Below, in pieces: positions 37,833 through 46,696 of a stretch of 64,000 bases of DNA. The notes beneath the pieces were generated by a model. It saw nothing but the letters and a program-made list of their open reading frames with translations. It was not told the origin of the DNA and made no database searches. The position numbers and the translations under genes are program-made. The stretch covers positions 92,277-156,276 of IMG/VR virus record IMGVR_UViG_3300032288_004702; one strand, 5' to 3'. The DNA comes from a virus. How positions within the stretch are numbered: position 1 is the stretch's first letter; each line of letters opens with the position of its first letter.

Positions 37833-39301
37833 AGTACACGCTATGTGCGTGTGTGTCCCTCTATCCCCACTTCACTTCCTTCGTCTGCTTGTCGTTCGGC
37901 TCGACAGCAAGCACTTCGAGCATGCTTCCCTGCGTGAGTAGCGAGCGCACCATTGACAGTGCTTCGTCGATGTTGGCTGGGGCGTCGAGGTCATTGCGCT
38001 TGCGCACTGCCACGGTGATTCGGTATGTCTCCATGCTCAGTACCATACAGCCTTCCACAGGCGTGCGACACTCTGTGCCTGCTGAGGGGTCTGACATGGG
38101 ATGCGTCTGATGACGTGTCGTGTCCCCTCTGAGGTGGGCACGGACAGCCACACTTCCACGTCATCGCCAATGGCATTGACATGGGTGACTGTCCCTTCTG
38201 ATGAGAGGTCGTTGATGGATGAGGTCAGTAGGTCTGATGCGTTCATGGGTATGACACTACACGAGGGGTGGTACATGTCAAGGGGTGTCATGATGATGAG
38301 TGATGTCAAGGGGGTAGGGTTACCCGTATGACACCCGTGGCACCTCGCAAACCTTCACGCTCTACCTCTCCCCTCATGCGCCTATGGGTGGGGTGGGCTA
38401 GGTGGTGCGATGCTCAGTGGGTGAGGTGGGTGCGCTGGGTCGATGGCATCGGGCTCGAACCTGTTGCGCTGACCATTGCCATTGTGTGCCTCGTCATGGG
38501 GGTAATGGTGTTGCTCTCTATCGGGCGTGTGTAGAACTACCCGTGGCACCTGCGCTCATCGCAAGGCTTGACACACTGCGCCTCGCATGGCGCAACGATG
38601 GGGGTGGGTTATCTACTCGGGTCGGTGCGTGATGCGTGCGTGCCGGCGTGCGTGCGTGTCACTCGCTCGTGCCTGCGTGCCATCGCCATGCGCGACACTC
38701 TCGCTTGCTCTGCGCCTTGCGTGCGTCGGGGATAGTGCTTGCCTTCATGCGCACACCATCGGCAAACGAACGACGTTCGTCTGCTGACCACTTCGGTTGT
38801 GCGATGTGCTTGCGCTTACTCATGCGTCAAGTGTACCTGTGATGTCCCTGCGTTCGTGCGTGCTTGCGTGTGCGTCGCACTGCGTGTGCTGACGTGTTGC
38901 GTTCGACTGCGTTGCTCTTGCGTGATGCGTTCGCATGTCGCACTGCGTTGCCTGCTTGCTGTGGGCGTGTCGCATCGCGTTGCCTTCGCACACGCCTGCG
39001 CTCACCCAAGCCCGAGCCCGAGGTGTACGCACCTGCTCTCGCCTTGCGTGATGCCGACTTATCTACTACTGCCCCACTCGCTCGCGTCGCCTGCTGAGGC
39101 GTGCGCTCACCACTGCGTTGCGCGCTCGGATGAGGGTGCGCATGACGTCGCTGAGAGGGGGTGGTCAGGAGCCCCGCGCGCCTTGACCGCGTGTCCCCAC
39201 AGCAGGGGGGAGCCAAATTTGAAATTTTTGAGTTCAACTTTTTTTATATAAATTTATCCAGCCCCCTTGTGTTTGCCCCCTGTGGGGTGTAGTCTGCCGT
39301 C

Positions 39302-39553
39302 ATGAGTACTATTTACACCTACGACAATTTCCTCATCTTTGTCAGCGAAGAGCTCGAACGGCTCAAGGCCGGCGACGCCACAATTCGTTATGGGCAGGTC
39401 TATTTCAACTGCCTGTACGAATTCCGCCCCAGCATCGCCAACGCCATCCGGGCTACCAAGTTTGACCCTTTCCACCGAGAAGAGGTCCATCCTGAGATTC
39501 ACGTCCACGTACAGGATTTGTGGGATGAGATGAATCGACAGGTTCTGTCTTAA
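39302..39553 (+). CDS. Hypothetical protein, probably leaderless
   Basis: RYGQVYFNCL..RP.IA..IR.T..DPF; TAGTCT just upstream. Confidence 0.65.
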   Translation: MSTIYTYDNFLIFVSEELERLKAGDATIRYGQVYFNCLYEFRPSIANAIRATKFDPFHREEVHPEIHVHVQDLWDEMNRQVLS

Positions 39554-39581
39554 TAGGCTGTCAGAGAGCTCAGGAGGGCGT

Positions 39582-39797
39582 ATGGATGTATTTATTCTTC
39601 TTTTGTCTTGTGTGGGGGGAGTCTGGGGTCTTTTGACCCTTCTGGGGTTCTGGTTCACTGATAAGAAGTGTGTAGAGTGCAAGTACTATGGTCCGTCTGA
39701 GTACATGCTGCAAGATGTAAAGGGCGGTTATTGGCATATGGGGTGCTATGCGGAGAAGCACGATACTAAGTACGGTTATACAGAACCTATTGAGTAA
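39582..39797 (+). CDS. Small membrane protein with Cys motif
   Basis: AGGAGG RBS; TM helix; CVEC..HMGC. Confidence 0.5.
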   Translation: MDVFILLLSCVGGVWGLLTLLGFWFTDKKCVECKYYGPSEYMLQDVKGGYWHMGCYAEKHDTKYGYTEPIE

Positions 39798-40114
39798 TTC
39801 GTCAATATTGCTGTTTTTGCCATCTCCGTGGAGGAAAAACAGCGGCCCCTAATATTTTTTCTAGCCCAAATATGGGGTACCCCCACAAATTTTGAGCTCT
39901 CAGCCGCCACTGGGATAAATTTATCCAAAAGAGGGGCCTCAAAAAAAAATCGCGTTGGGCTGTCGCTTTTCTGTTTATTGGAGTCCCCGGTGGTGGGGGT
40001 TGCGGGGGGCGCATTTGGAGACTAGGATGTGTAAATGGTAGAATTAATCGCTACCAAATATGAGCCTATTACTAACAGGGCTGTCCGTATCCGCCGAGTA
40101 CAGGAGCACACATA

Positions 40115-41329
40115 GTGAAACCTAACCGACTGATTGCTACTGCATTGTCCATCTTGGTTTTAGGGTCTGTTAACCAGGCCCAAGCCGCCCCAGTTGGGGG
40201 GACAGTAAAGGAGGTGGTCAGTCGGTCAGCGCTTACAGCACAAGCTTCGTTTACACCAGCTTCGCATGCAGTTTTTGACCTTCGACAATCGTCCACACCG
40301 CGCGCTCACGCCTATGCGACAGATTCTTTCTGGGATGAACTAGCCCAATGCGAGACTGCCCAGGACTGGCAGAACGGTGGCCGCTATGCCGGCGGTCTCG
40401 GGATTATGAACAGCAGTTCTTTTCCGAAGTCGTCGATGGGGACGTGGGAGAGGTTCGGCGGGGAGGAGTTTGCTCCGTCCCCTGACAAAGCGACAAGAGA
40501 CGAGCAAATTCTTGTAGCCAACAGAATCTCTGTAGGCGGGTATCAAAAATGGGTTGACCGAGACCCCGACTGGGCTCGCCGCCAGGGGGTTCCAGCAAGA
40601 TACCTGTGGGACCAAAAGCCGGTTGGGTTCACTGGCTGGGGTTGCTACAAGTCGAAATCCACGGGTAAGTACAGAATGGATAAGCCCAAGATGTACTACT
40701 ACGAAAATTACAAGGATGTAGTTTTGTTCTCGTTTAAATTTAACGAAAAGAGCAAGGCTGTCCATGACCTGCAAATGTTCCTCGGCGTGAAGGTCGATAG
40801 CCATTATGGGGCAAAGACCAAAAAAGCACATATCTCGTACTTGAAGAAAAAGAAATTGCCTCTCTCTGGAGTGCCTGGCATGGCTGAAAAGGTCGACATG
40901 TCTCGCGTTAGGGCAATGAGCCTTAGTTCGTCGCCATCAGCCGTCGAAGTAAAACGCTGCCCATCATGGGAAAAGCTGCTTAAAAAATACAAGCTCCCAG
41001 TTAAGGAATTTTCTTACATCATGTGGCGTGAGAGTAGATGCAAGTCCAAAGTGATTGGCTGGAACTACAGGTCTGGGACGAGCCATAGAGATTGCAAACT
41101 CGCTCCGGCTTCTATTTACAGGAAGTGCCCTGCTGTAAGGTCTTACGATAGTGGGTTGCTTCAGATAAATAGCTCGTGGGTAACTGTTACGTCACAGGTA
41201 TGCAGAAGCAAATGGGGCGACATGTCTGTTCTTCTGAAGCCAGAGTGCAACATAGCCGTAGCGCGCTATTTGTACGACAATGGCGGAATGCACCACTGGA
41301 AAGCAACCTCTGGAAGATATTCAGGCTAA
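40115..41329 (+). CDS. Secreted muralytic protein: Rpf-like transglycosylase + PG-binding + SLT/lysozyme-like domain
   Basis: Signal peptide; WDELAQCET..GGL..TW..FGG..ATRDEQILVA; VHDLQMFLGVKVDSHYGAKT; MWRESRC..DSGLLQIN. Confidence 0.8.
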   Translation: MKPNRLIATALSILVLGSVNQAQAAPVGGTVKEVVSRSALTAQASFTPASHAVFDLRQSSTPRAHAYATDSFWDELAQCETAQDWQNGGRYAGGLGIMNSSSFPKSSMGTWERFGGEEFAPSPDKATRDEQILVANRISVGGYQKWVDRDPDWARRQGVPARYLWDQKPVGFTGWGCYKSKSTGKYRMDKPKMYYYENYKDVVLFSFKFNEKSKAVHDLQMFLGVKVDSHYGAKTKKAHISYLKKKKLPLSGVPGMAEKVDMSRVRAMSLSSSPSAVEVKRCPSWEKLLKKYKLPVKEFSYIMWRESRCKSKVIGWNYRSGTSHRDCKLAPASIYRKCPAVRSYDSGLLQINSSWVTVTSQVCRSKWGDMSVLLKPECNIAVARYLYDNGGMHHWKATSGRYSG

Positions 41330-42166
41330 AAGCTGCCTGACAAGTCTCTCCATAGGGACAAGATAATGGTCAAGAAGTTCTATCCCCTCATCTTCCATTC
41401 TCTTGTTTCTCAAAATTGAGTTCATTGGGCGCAGCGCCGGTCTCTGGTTTCGTATTGTCACAGATTTAATGGGTTTTATTGGTACGTCGATGCCGGCGAA
41501 ATCTATAACATTCTTGGCGAAGTCGTACCATGATGTTGAACCCTGATTTGTTACATGCCAAATTCCGGATGCGTTCATTGTCGCTAGCTCAAGTATCCGC
41601 GCAGATGCATCATCGGCAAATGTCGGACTGCTGTGCTGGTCATCGACAAAAGAAAGTTCCGACGATTCCCGAGCAATTCTCAAAATTGTCTTGAGAATGT
41701 TTTTCCCGGTTTTGCCACATACGGAGGAGACGCGTATTACTGCATCTGTTGGACGCATACATGTCTCGCCTTGTAGCTTTGTTAGTCCATATGCGGATAG
41801 CGGCGACGGGGAATCGTGCTCTTCGTATGGCCCTTCCTTTTTCCCATTAAATACATAGTCAGTAGATATGTACGTCACGTGTGCTCCAACATCTGCAGCT
41901 GCGCGGACCACATATCTTGAGCCGTCTGCGTTTATCTTTTCTGCCTTAATTTGGTTGCGCTCGCAACCGTCTACGTCTGTCCAGGCAGCGCAGTGAATAA
42001 TGTGTGTTGGCTCGTATAGATGTATCGCCTCGGTGACGGCTGATTCGTTTGATATATCGAGGAGGTCATGGGTTAATGCAACAACGTCATAGCCGTGTTC
42101 ATCAGCTCTCTCTACGATTTCTGAACCTAATTGGCCGCTCGCCCCCGTAATAAGAAATTTAGGCAT
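41321..42166 (-). CDS. rmlD: dTDP-4-dehydrorhamnose reductase
   Basis: GASGQLG, HCAAWTDVD, STDYVF, YGLTK. Confidence 0.92.
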   Translation of the reverse strand: MPKFLITGASGQLGSEIVERADEHGYDVVALTHDLLDISNESAVTEAIHLYEPTHIIHCAAWTDVDGCERNQIKAEKINADGSRYVVRAAADVGAHVTYISTDYVFNGKKEGPYEEHDSPSPLSAYGLTKLQGETCMRPTDAVIRVSSVCGKTGKNILKTILRIARESSELSFVDDQHSSPTFADDASARILELATMNASGIWHVTNQGSTSWYDFAKNVIDFAGIDVPIKPIKSVTIRNQRPALRPMNSILRNKRMEDEGIELLDHYLVPMERLVRQLLA

Positions 42167-43124
42167 TTTTCAATGGCTCCCACCACCAACGATTAGCACG
42201 GTACCAAGCAATTACGTACCATAGGTCGTCTACGATGTTATGCCGTTTTCGCCAACCAAGATTAGTCATCTTGTCGATATTCACTGAATATCTCCTATCG
42301 TGACCTTTTCTGTCTGGAACATACTCAATCCATTCTTCGTGTTCCAGCTCCATGTGCTCCAGAATCATGTGGACGAGTTCGATGTTTGGCGTTTCGTTTC
42401 CAGCGCCGATGTTATAAATTTCCCCAGCAGTCCCATCCGTCAGAACCTTGTACACGCCAGAGCAGTGGTCCTCAACGTGAATCCAATCTCGCTCGTTCAT
42501 TCCATCTCCGTACAGCGGAATCTTTTTCCCTTGGAACACGTTGGTAATGAATAGCGGTATTGCTTTTTCTGGAAATTGGAAAGGTCCGAAGTTGTTCGTG
42601 CAGCGGGTAACAAGCACTGGAAGACCGTGTGTAGTAAAGTGTGCAAGCGCCAGTAGGTCAGAGCCCGCCTTCGACGCAGAGTATGGCGAGCGTGGTTCTA
42701 GTGGGTCTGTTTCTAGCGACGAGCCAACCTCTACAGAACCGTATACCTCGTCAGTACCTATGTGGACAACTCGCTCTACATCTACATGCCGGGCTACATC
42801 CATTACTGCGTCTGTTCCCAGGCAGTTCGTCCTAACAAAAGTGTCAGATAGCGCTATAGAGCGGTCAACGTGGCTTTCTGCGGCAAAGTGAACAACGTAG
42901 TTGGAACCTTTCATTGATTCGACCAGCTTGTCTTTATCGCAAACGTCGCCTTTTATGAATTTAACCCGCTGTGAGTCAATAAAATCCTGCATTGTCTGCA
43001 TGCGGCCGGCGTATGTAAGCGAGTCATAGATAATTACATTGTCTTCAGTATTTTGGAGCACATACCGTACATAATTAGAGCCTATAAAGCCTGCGCCACC
43101 AGTTATGAATTGCGTTTTGCTCAT
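42159..43124 (-). CDS. rmlB: dTDP-glucose 4,6-dehydratase
   Basis: TGGAGFIG, HFAAESHVDRS, TDEVYG, PYSASK. Confidence 0.95.
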   Translation of the reverse strand: MSKTQFITGGAGFIGSNYVRYVLQNTEDNVIIYDSLTYAGRMQTMQDFIDSQRVKFIKGDVCDKDKLVESMKGSNYVVHFAAESHVDRSIALSDTFVRTNCLGTDAVMDVARHVDVERVVHIGTDEVYGSVEVGSSLETDPLEPRSPYSASKAGSDLLALAHFTTHGLPVLVTRCTNNFGPFQFPEKAIPLFITNVFQGKKIPLYGDGMNERDWIHVEDHCSGVYKVLTDGTAGEIYNIGAGNETPNIELVHMILEHMELEHEEWIEYVPDRKGHDRRYSVNIDKMTNLGWRKRHNIVDDLWYVIAWYRANRWWWEPLKNA

Positions 43125-43687
43125 GTTCTTAGCCCATATCGTGGTCTTACTGATTCTGGAATGTCAGAGATGAGGGGGTTTAGTTGGTCTCGTTTTGAGA
43201 CTATTTTTTCGCCGTCGCCCCAGTCTGCTTTTATTGCCGGGTCTGACCATAAAACACCCAGCTCGTCGTTTTGGTTGTAATAGCCGTCCACCATGTAGGT
43301 AATCGTCATGTTTGTTATCGCCAAGAATCCGTGCGCCACGCCGGGCGGGATGAATATCCCTCGATGGTCAAAATCGTAGTAACTGGTATCCCCAACATCG
43401 GTCGTATACGTGTTCCCATATGTTGGTGAGCCAACACGAAGGTCGTGAAGAACAATTCTGCATATACCAAATGGCACATACCAGTAGTCGGCTTGATGCA
43501 GGTGGTAGTGGAGTCCAACAAGAGAACCAGCGGCCCTGTCGCCCCTATTCCCCTGTATCATTTCGCGTCCAAGTGGAAGCCATGAGCGACGATAGGTCTC
43601 TATGAAGTTCCCTCTTTCGTCTGCGTGGACGTCTGGATGAATTATCAATACGTCTGTTATTTCATTACATGCTTCAATGCGTGGCAC
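43121..43687 (-). CDS. rmlC: dTDP-4-dehydrorhamnose 3,5-epimerase
   Basis: DERGNFIE, GLHYH, DLRVGSPT, IPPGVAHGF. Confidence 0.9.
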   Translation of the reverse strand: MPRIEACNEITDVLIIHPDVHADERGNFIETYRRSWLPLGREMIQGNRGDRAAGSLVGLHYHLHQADYWYVPFGICRIVLHDLRVGSPTYGNTYTTDVGDTSYYDFDHRGIFIPPGVAHGFLAITNMTITYMVDGYYNQNDELGVLWSDPAIKADWGDGEKIVSKRDQLNPLISDIPESVRPRYGLRT

Positions 43688-44757
43688 TACTCAACCTCCA
43701 CTACGCTTTGGTCACTGACCATTAATTTCAATGCTGCTGGTTTTTCCGAAGACCGAACAACTCTTGCGCCACGCCCGACGAGCGACTCGCTCATGCGTGG
43801 TATATCTCTAACGATATTATTTCCGAGTAGAACCGAGTTTTGTATTTCGGTATTTTCAACAACGCAGCTGTTCCCTATTGATGTGTATGGTCCAATGAAA
43901 GCGTTACGTATCAAGCAGTTATCGCCAATAACAACAGGGCCAATAATTCGAGAATCATAAATCATCGAATTTCCAATCTGAACTCGCCCATCGGCGGTAA
44001 AAGAGTTGAGTGGTTTTTCGTAAATTTGACGCTCTATCTTGTCAAGGACTAGACGGTTGCATTCCAGTAGCGGGTCTTTTTTCCCAGTATCAATCCACCA
44101 TCCCTCGAGGGTATGGCATGTAACTTCTTTTCCTGAATCAATCAGCCACTGTATTGCGTCGGTTATTTCAAGTTCGCCGCGCTTTGATGCTTTTATGTTT
44201 GAAACAGCCTCGTGAATGTCTTTCGTAAAGTAGTAGACACCGACCATGGCCATGTTTGACTTTGGGTCTGACGGTTTTTCTACGAGACGAACTGGCTTGC
44301 CATTCTCCAGTTCAACTACTCCAAAATTCTCTGGGTTATCAACTTGTTTTACAAGTATTGAAGCAGACGGCTTGTCGCCCAAATAGCCGAACATTTCGTG
44401 AAACTCATGAATGCTTTGCTGGAGCATGTTGTCGCCTAGATACATGACAAAATCATCGTCGGCAAGAAAACTGCGCGAAATTGAGACACAGTGGGCTAAC
44501 CCGAGCGGGTCTGTCTGTTCTATGTACGTTATGCGTGCGCCAAATTTCGAACCGTCACCAACGGCTTTTCGCACCTCATGCCCAGTTGAGCCAATAACGA
44601 TGCCTATATCTGTTATGCCGGCGTCGACCATCGACTCTATGCCGTAGAAAAGAATTGGCTTATTGGCAATTGGGACTAGCTGCTTAGCTCCCGTATATGT
44701 AATTGGGCGAAGTCTTGTCCCGGAGCCACCAGAAAGAATAAGCCCCTTGAGCGTCAT
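43687..44757 (-). CDS. rmlA: Glucose-1-phosphate thymidylyltransferase (long form)
   Basis: LSGGSGTRLRPIT..KQLVPIANKP, YLGDN, RGELEITD, WIDTG. Confidence 0.93.
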   Translation of the reverse strand: MTLKGLILSGGSGTRLRPITYTGAKQLVPIANKPILFYGIESMVDAGITDIGIVIGSTGHEVRKAVGDGSKFGARITYIEQTDPLGLAHCVSISRSFLADDDFVMYLGDNMLQQSIHEFHEMFGYLGDKPSASILVKQVDNPENFGVVELENGKPVRLVEKPSDPKSNMAMVGVYYFTKDIHEAVSNIKASKRGELEITDAIQWLIDSGKEVTCHTLEGWWIDTGKKDPLLECNRLVLDKIERQIYEKPLNSFTADGRVQIGNSMIYDSRIIGPVVIGDNCLIRNAFIGPYTSIGNSCVVENTEIQNSVLLGNNIVRDIPRMSESLVGRGARVVRSSEKPAALKLMVSDQSVVEVE

Positions 44758-45476
44758 GGCGCCTTCATTCCATTTTCAATCCATGCAGAATATGTCACCG
44801 GCATTGCCCCTTTGAATATCTCGGCAACTGCATTCGCGTACTCGCGTATTTCGAGCTGAGCGTTAATGTCCATGCGTAAAGAGAGAAAATTCATGAGAGA
44901 ACGAGCATTCACCGTCCAGTAAAACTGTGTAAACATGGATACAGGGAGAACCATTCTTGCAACTTCTTTTGCTATGCCGGACTCAATCATGTCGCGATAT
45001 AGGCGGTACGAAGCTTCGTTGTTCGAGCTAATAGCAGTTATAGCAAGCTGAACACGGGGGTCCCCGTCTTTCAGCGTTTCAAATGAATATGCTCCCGGTT
45101 TTCCAACCTGAGTGCGGATATCTTCAGCCCGTGGTACATGAAACTCGTCAGGAACTTCTGAGTATCTTGCTGAAAATTCATTAAATGAGCCAATTCTGTG
45201 GCGGAACCATTCGCGTGCAACGAATAGTGGACACTTGACATGAAAGCGCATCGCGTTGTGTTCGAACGGCGTCCCATGCCTCTCTCGCATGAGAAAGTTT
45301 ATGAGGCCCTTGTCTTTCCCAGAAAGTTCATCATGCAGGTCAGACGACTGTTGTGCAAATGAAACTCTTGCGGCGTTGACTACAGACATATCGTCAGCCA
45401 TACAGCCGTCAAGCCTGACAAAACCGCCCACGCCAGGCATTACTTCGATGAGACGAGATGACACTCGTGCCTCCAT
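44754..45476 (-). CDS. thyX: Flavin-dependent thymidylate synthase
   Basis: AARVS, HGTPFEH, REWFRHRIGSFNEFSARY, AQLEIR. Confidence 0.95.
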   Translation of the reverse strand: MEARVSSRLIEVMPGVGGFVRLDGCMADDMSVVNAARVSFAQQSSDLHDELSGKDKGLINFLMRERHGTPFEHNAMRFHVKCPLFVAREWFRHRIGSFNEFSARYSEVPDEFHVPRAEDIRTQVGKPGAYSFETLKDGDPRVQLAITAISSNNEASYRLYRDMIESGIAKEVARMVLPVSMFTQFYWTVNARSLMNFLSLRMDINAQLEIREYANAVAEIFKGAMPVTYSAWIENGMKAP

Positions 45477-45508
45477 TTATTTTTGTTTGCATTCTTACGC
45501 TAGCACGA

Positions 45509-45584
45509 TGGTGCGCCCTCTGGGGCTCGAACCCAGGACCCACGGATTAAAAGTCCGCTGCTCTACCAACTGAGCTAAAGGCGC
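45509..45584 (-). tRNA. tRNA-Lys(UUU)
   Basis: Cloverleaf, loop CTTTTAA, CCA end. Confidence 0.95.
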
Positions 45585-45592
45585 GGGGATGT

Positions 45593-45901
45593 TTAAATAA
45601 AATGTTTTATTATTGCAGCAGAAGCAAGAATCACCCACAGAACATTAAAGATGATAATTGTTGGGAGTGTCTTGATTGTTGATGACCAGATGAGAGCAAC
45701 GCTGGAAGCTATTGCAAAAATATAGAGCCACCAGAACTGCTTGCCGAAAAGCAGTCCTGGAAAAATAATTGCAATCTTTGTTGCGAATCCCCACGCCTCG
45801 ACAGAGTTGGCGCGATTCCAGTAGGAGCGCCGAGACATGCTTTTAACAGCATTGACTATCTTGGAACAAAATGTTCTTAATGTGAACAGCATCCGTCGCA
45901 T
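45593..45901 (-). CDS. Small membrane protein (start uncertain)
   Basis: Three hydrophobic segments. Confidence 0.55.
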   Translation of the reverse strand: MRRMLFTLRTFCSKIVNAVKSMSRRSYWNRANSVEAWGFATKIAIIFPGLLFGKQFWWLYIFAIASSVALIWSSTIKTLPTIIIFNVLWVILASAAIIKHFI

Positions 45902-46125
45902 CCATGCACTCTATCATTCGATATCTCGTCTGGGTCTGGGTGGCCGACTCCATGTGGGCAAATTCGCTCCACCATCTGTCTATCGGGACGCCAGTTTTGT
46001 GGCCACTCTTTCATGTGGTGGTTACTTGGGTTGTGTATAACACAGTGCTCTCCGGCACACTTTGACTCGCCATGCACGCCTATGAGTATCTGTCCACCAA
46101 CAAGAGTGTGCGTAATGCTCTCCAT
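45877..46125 (-). CDS. Cys/His-rich phage protein
   Basis: CVIHNPSNHHM..ERICPHGVGHPDPD..HGCDGCC. Confidence 0.65.
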   Translation of the reverse strand: MESITHTLVGGQILIGVHGESKCAGEHCVIHNPSNHHMKEWPQNWRPDRQMVERICPHGVGHPDPDEISNDRVHGCDGCCSH

Positions 46126-46231
46126 TTATCTCCCTTGAAATGCTGGCAGTGCGGCCCGCCTCTTAGCCTTCCCCGCGATGGGTCGTCACCCTGAGGACTT
46201 TTTCACCTCTCGTGGATGGGTACCAGCTTTG

Positions 46232-46305
<74 letters not shown>

Positions 46306-46468
46306 CTATTCAATAGATGAATAGTTTAGCGCGGTAACAATTAGTTGGGCAAAACGCCTATCCACGTTACCGATGCACTCCCAGCCATCTACTTCATTTG
46401 TTGACCTGAGAAGTATGCATTGCGACAAGTCCTCTGCCATTACGGCATAGGCATACTGTGGTTTGTCA

Positions 46469-46696
46469 TTACTCAACGTCTTCCCCAAAGGATGTTTCTA
46501 TTAGGGCAATTCTTTCCTCATCTGTCATGTTGAGGGATTTTTGCGTTACTCCCCACAGCCATTCCCCATCTTCACGAACACCTATTACCTCTATTAAGCC
46601 CAACCTACGCAGTGCTTCCATATCGTTGAGCAGGTCATCTTTTGTGTATTCGTCAGCCACTTGCGTCCCCCGTGTTGTTTGCGTTGGTTGGGTCAT
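46469..46696 (-). CDS. Hypothetical protein
   Basis: ORF from MTQPTQ. Confidence 0.45.
   Translation of the reverse strand: MTQPTQTTRGTQVADEYTKDDLLNDMEALRRLGLIEVIGVREDGEWLWGVTQKSLNMTDEERIALIETSFGEDVE

Larger units (their letters stand above)
1197..39067. repeat. Dispersed motif (A)GTAGATAA(GT) / (AC)TTATCTAC(T), about 110 copies
   Basis: Manual tally of about 110 exact 8-mers between 1197 and 39067; none noticed from 39100 to 64000. Confidence 0.95.

Noticed and set aside
7108-39067. CRISPR array (TCTACT/GTAGAT resembles the Cas12a repeat stem)
   Set aside because: Copies are only 8-12 bp, irregularly spaced, in both orientations and inside genes; there is no repeat-spacer periodicity and no cas gene.
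38587-39251. Cys/Arg-rich ORFs in the TGCG tract
   Set aside because: Low-complexity artefacts in several frames with no RBS or protein-like composition.
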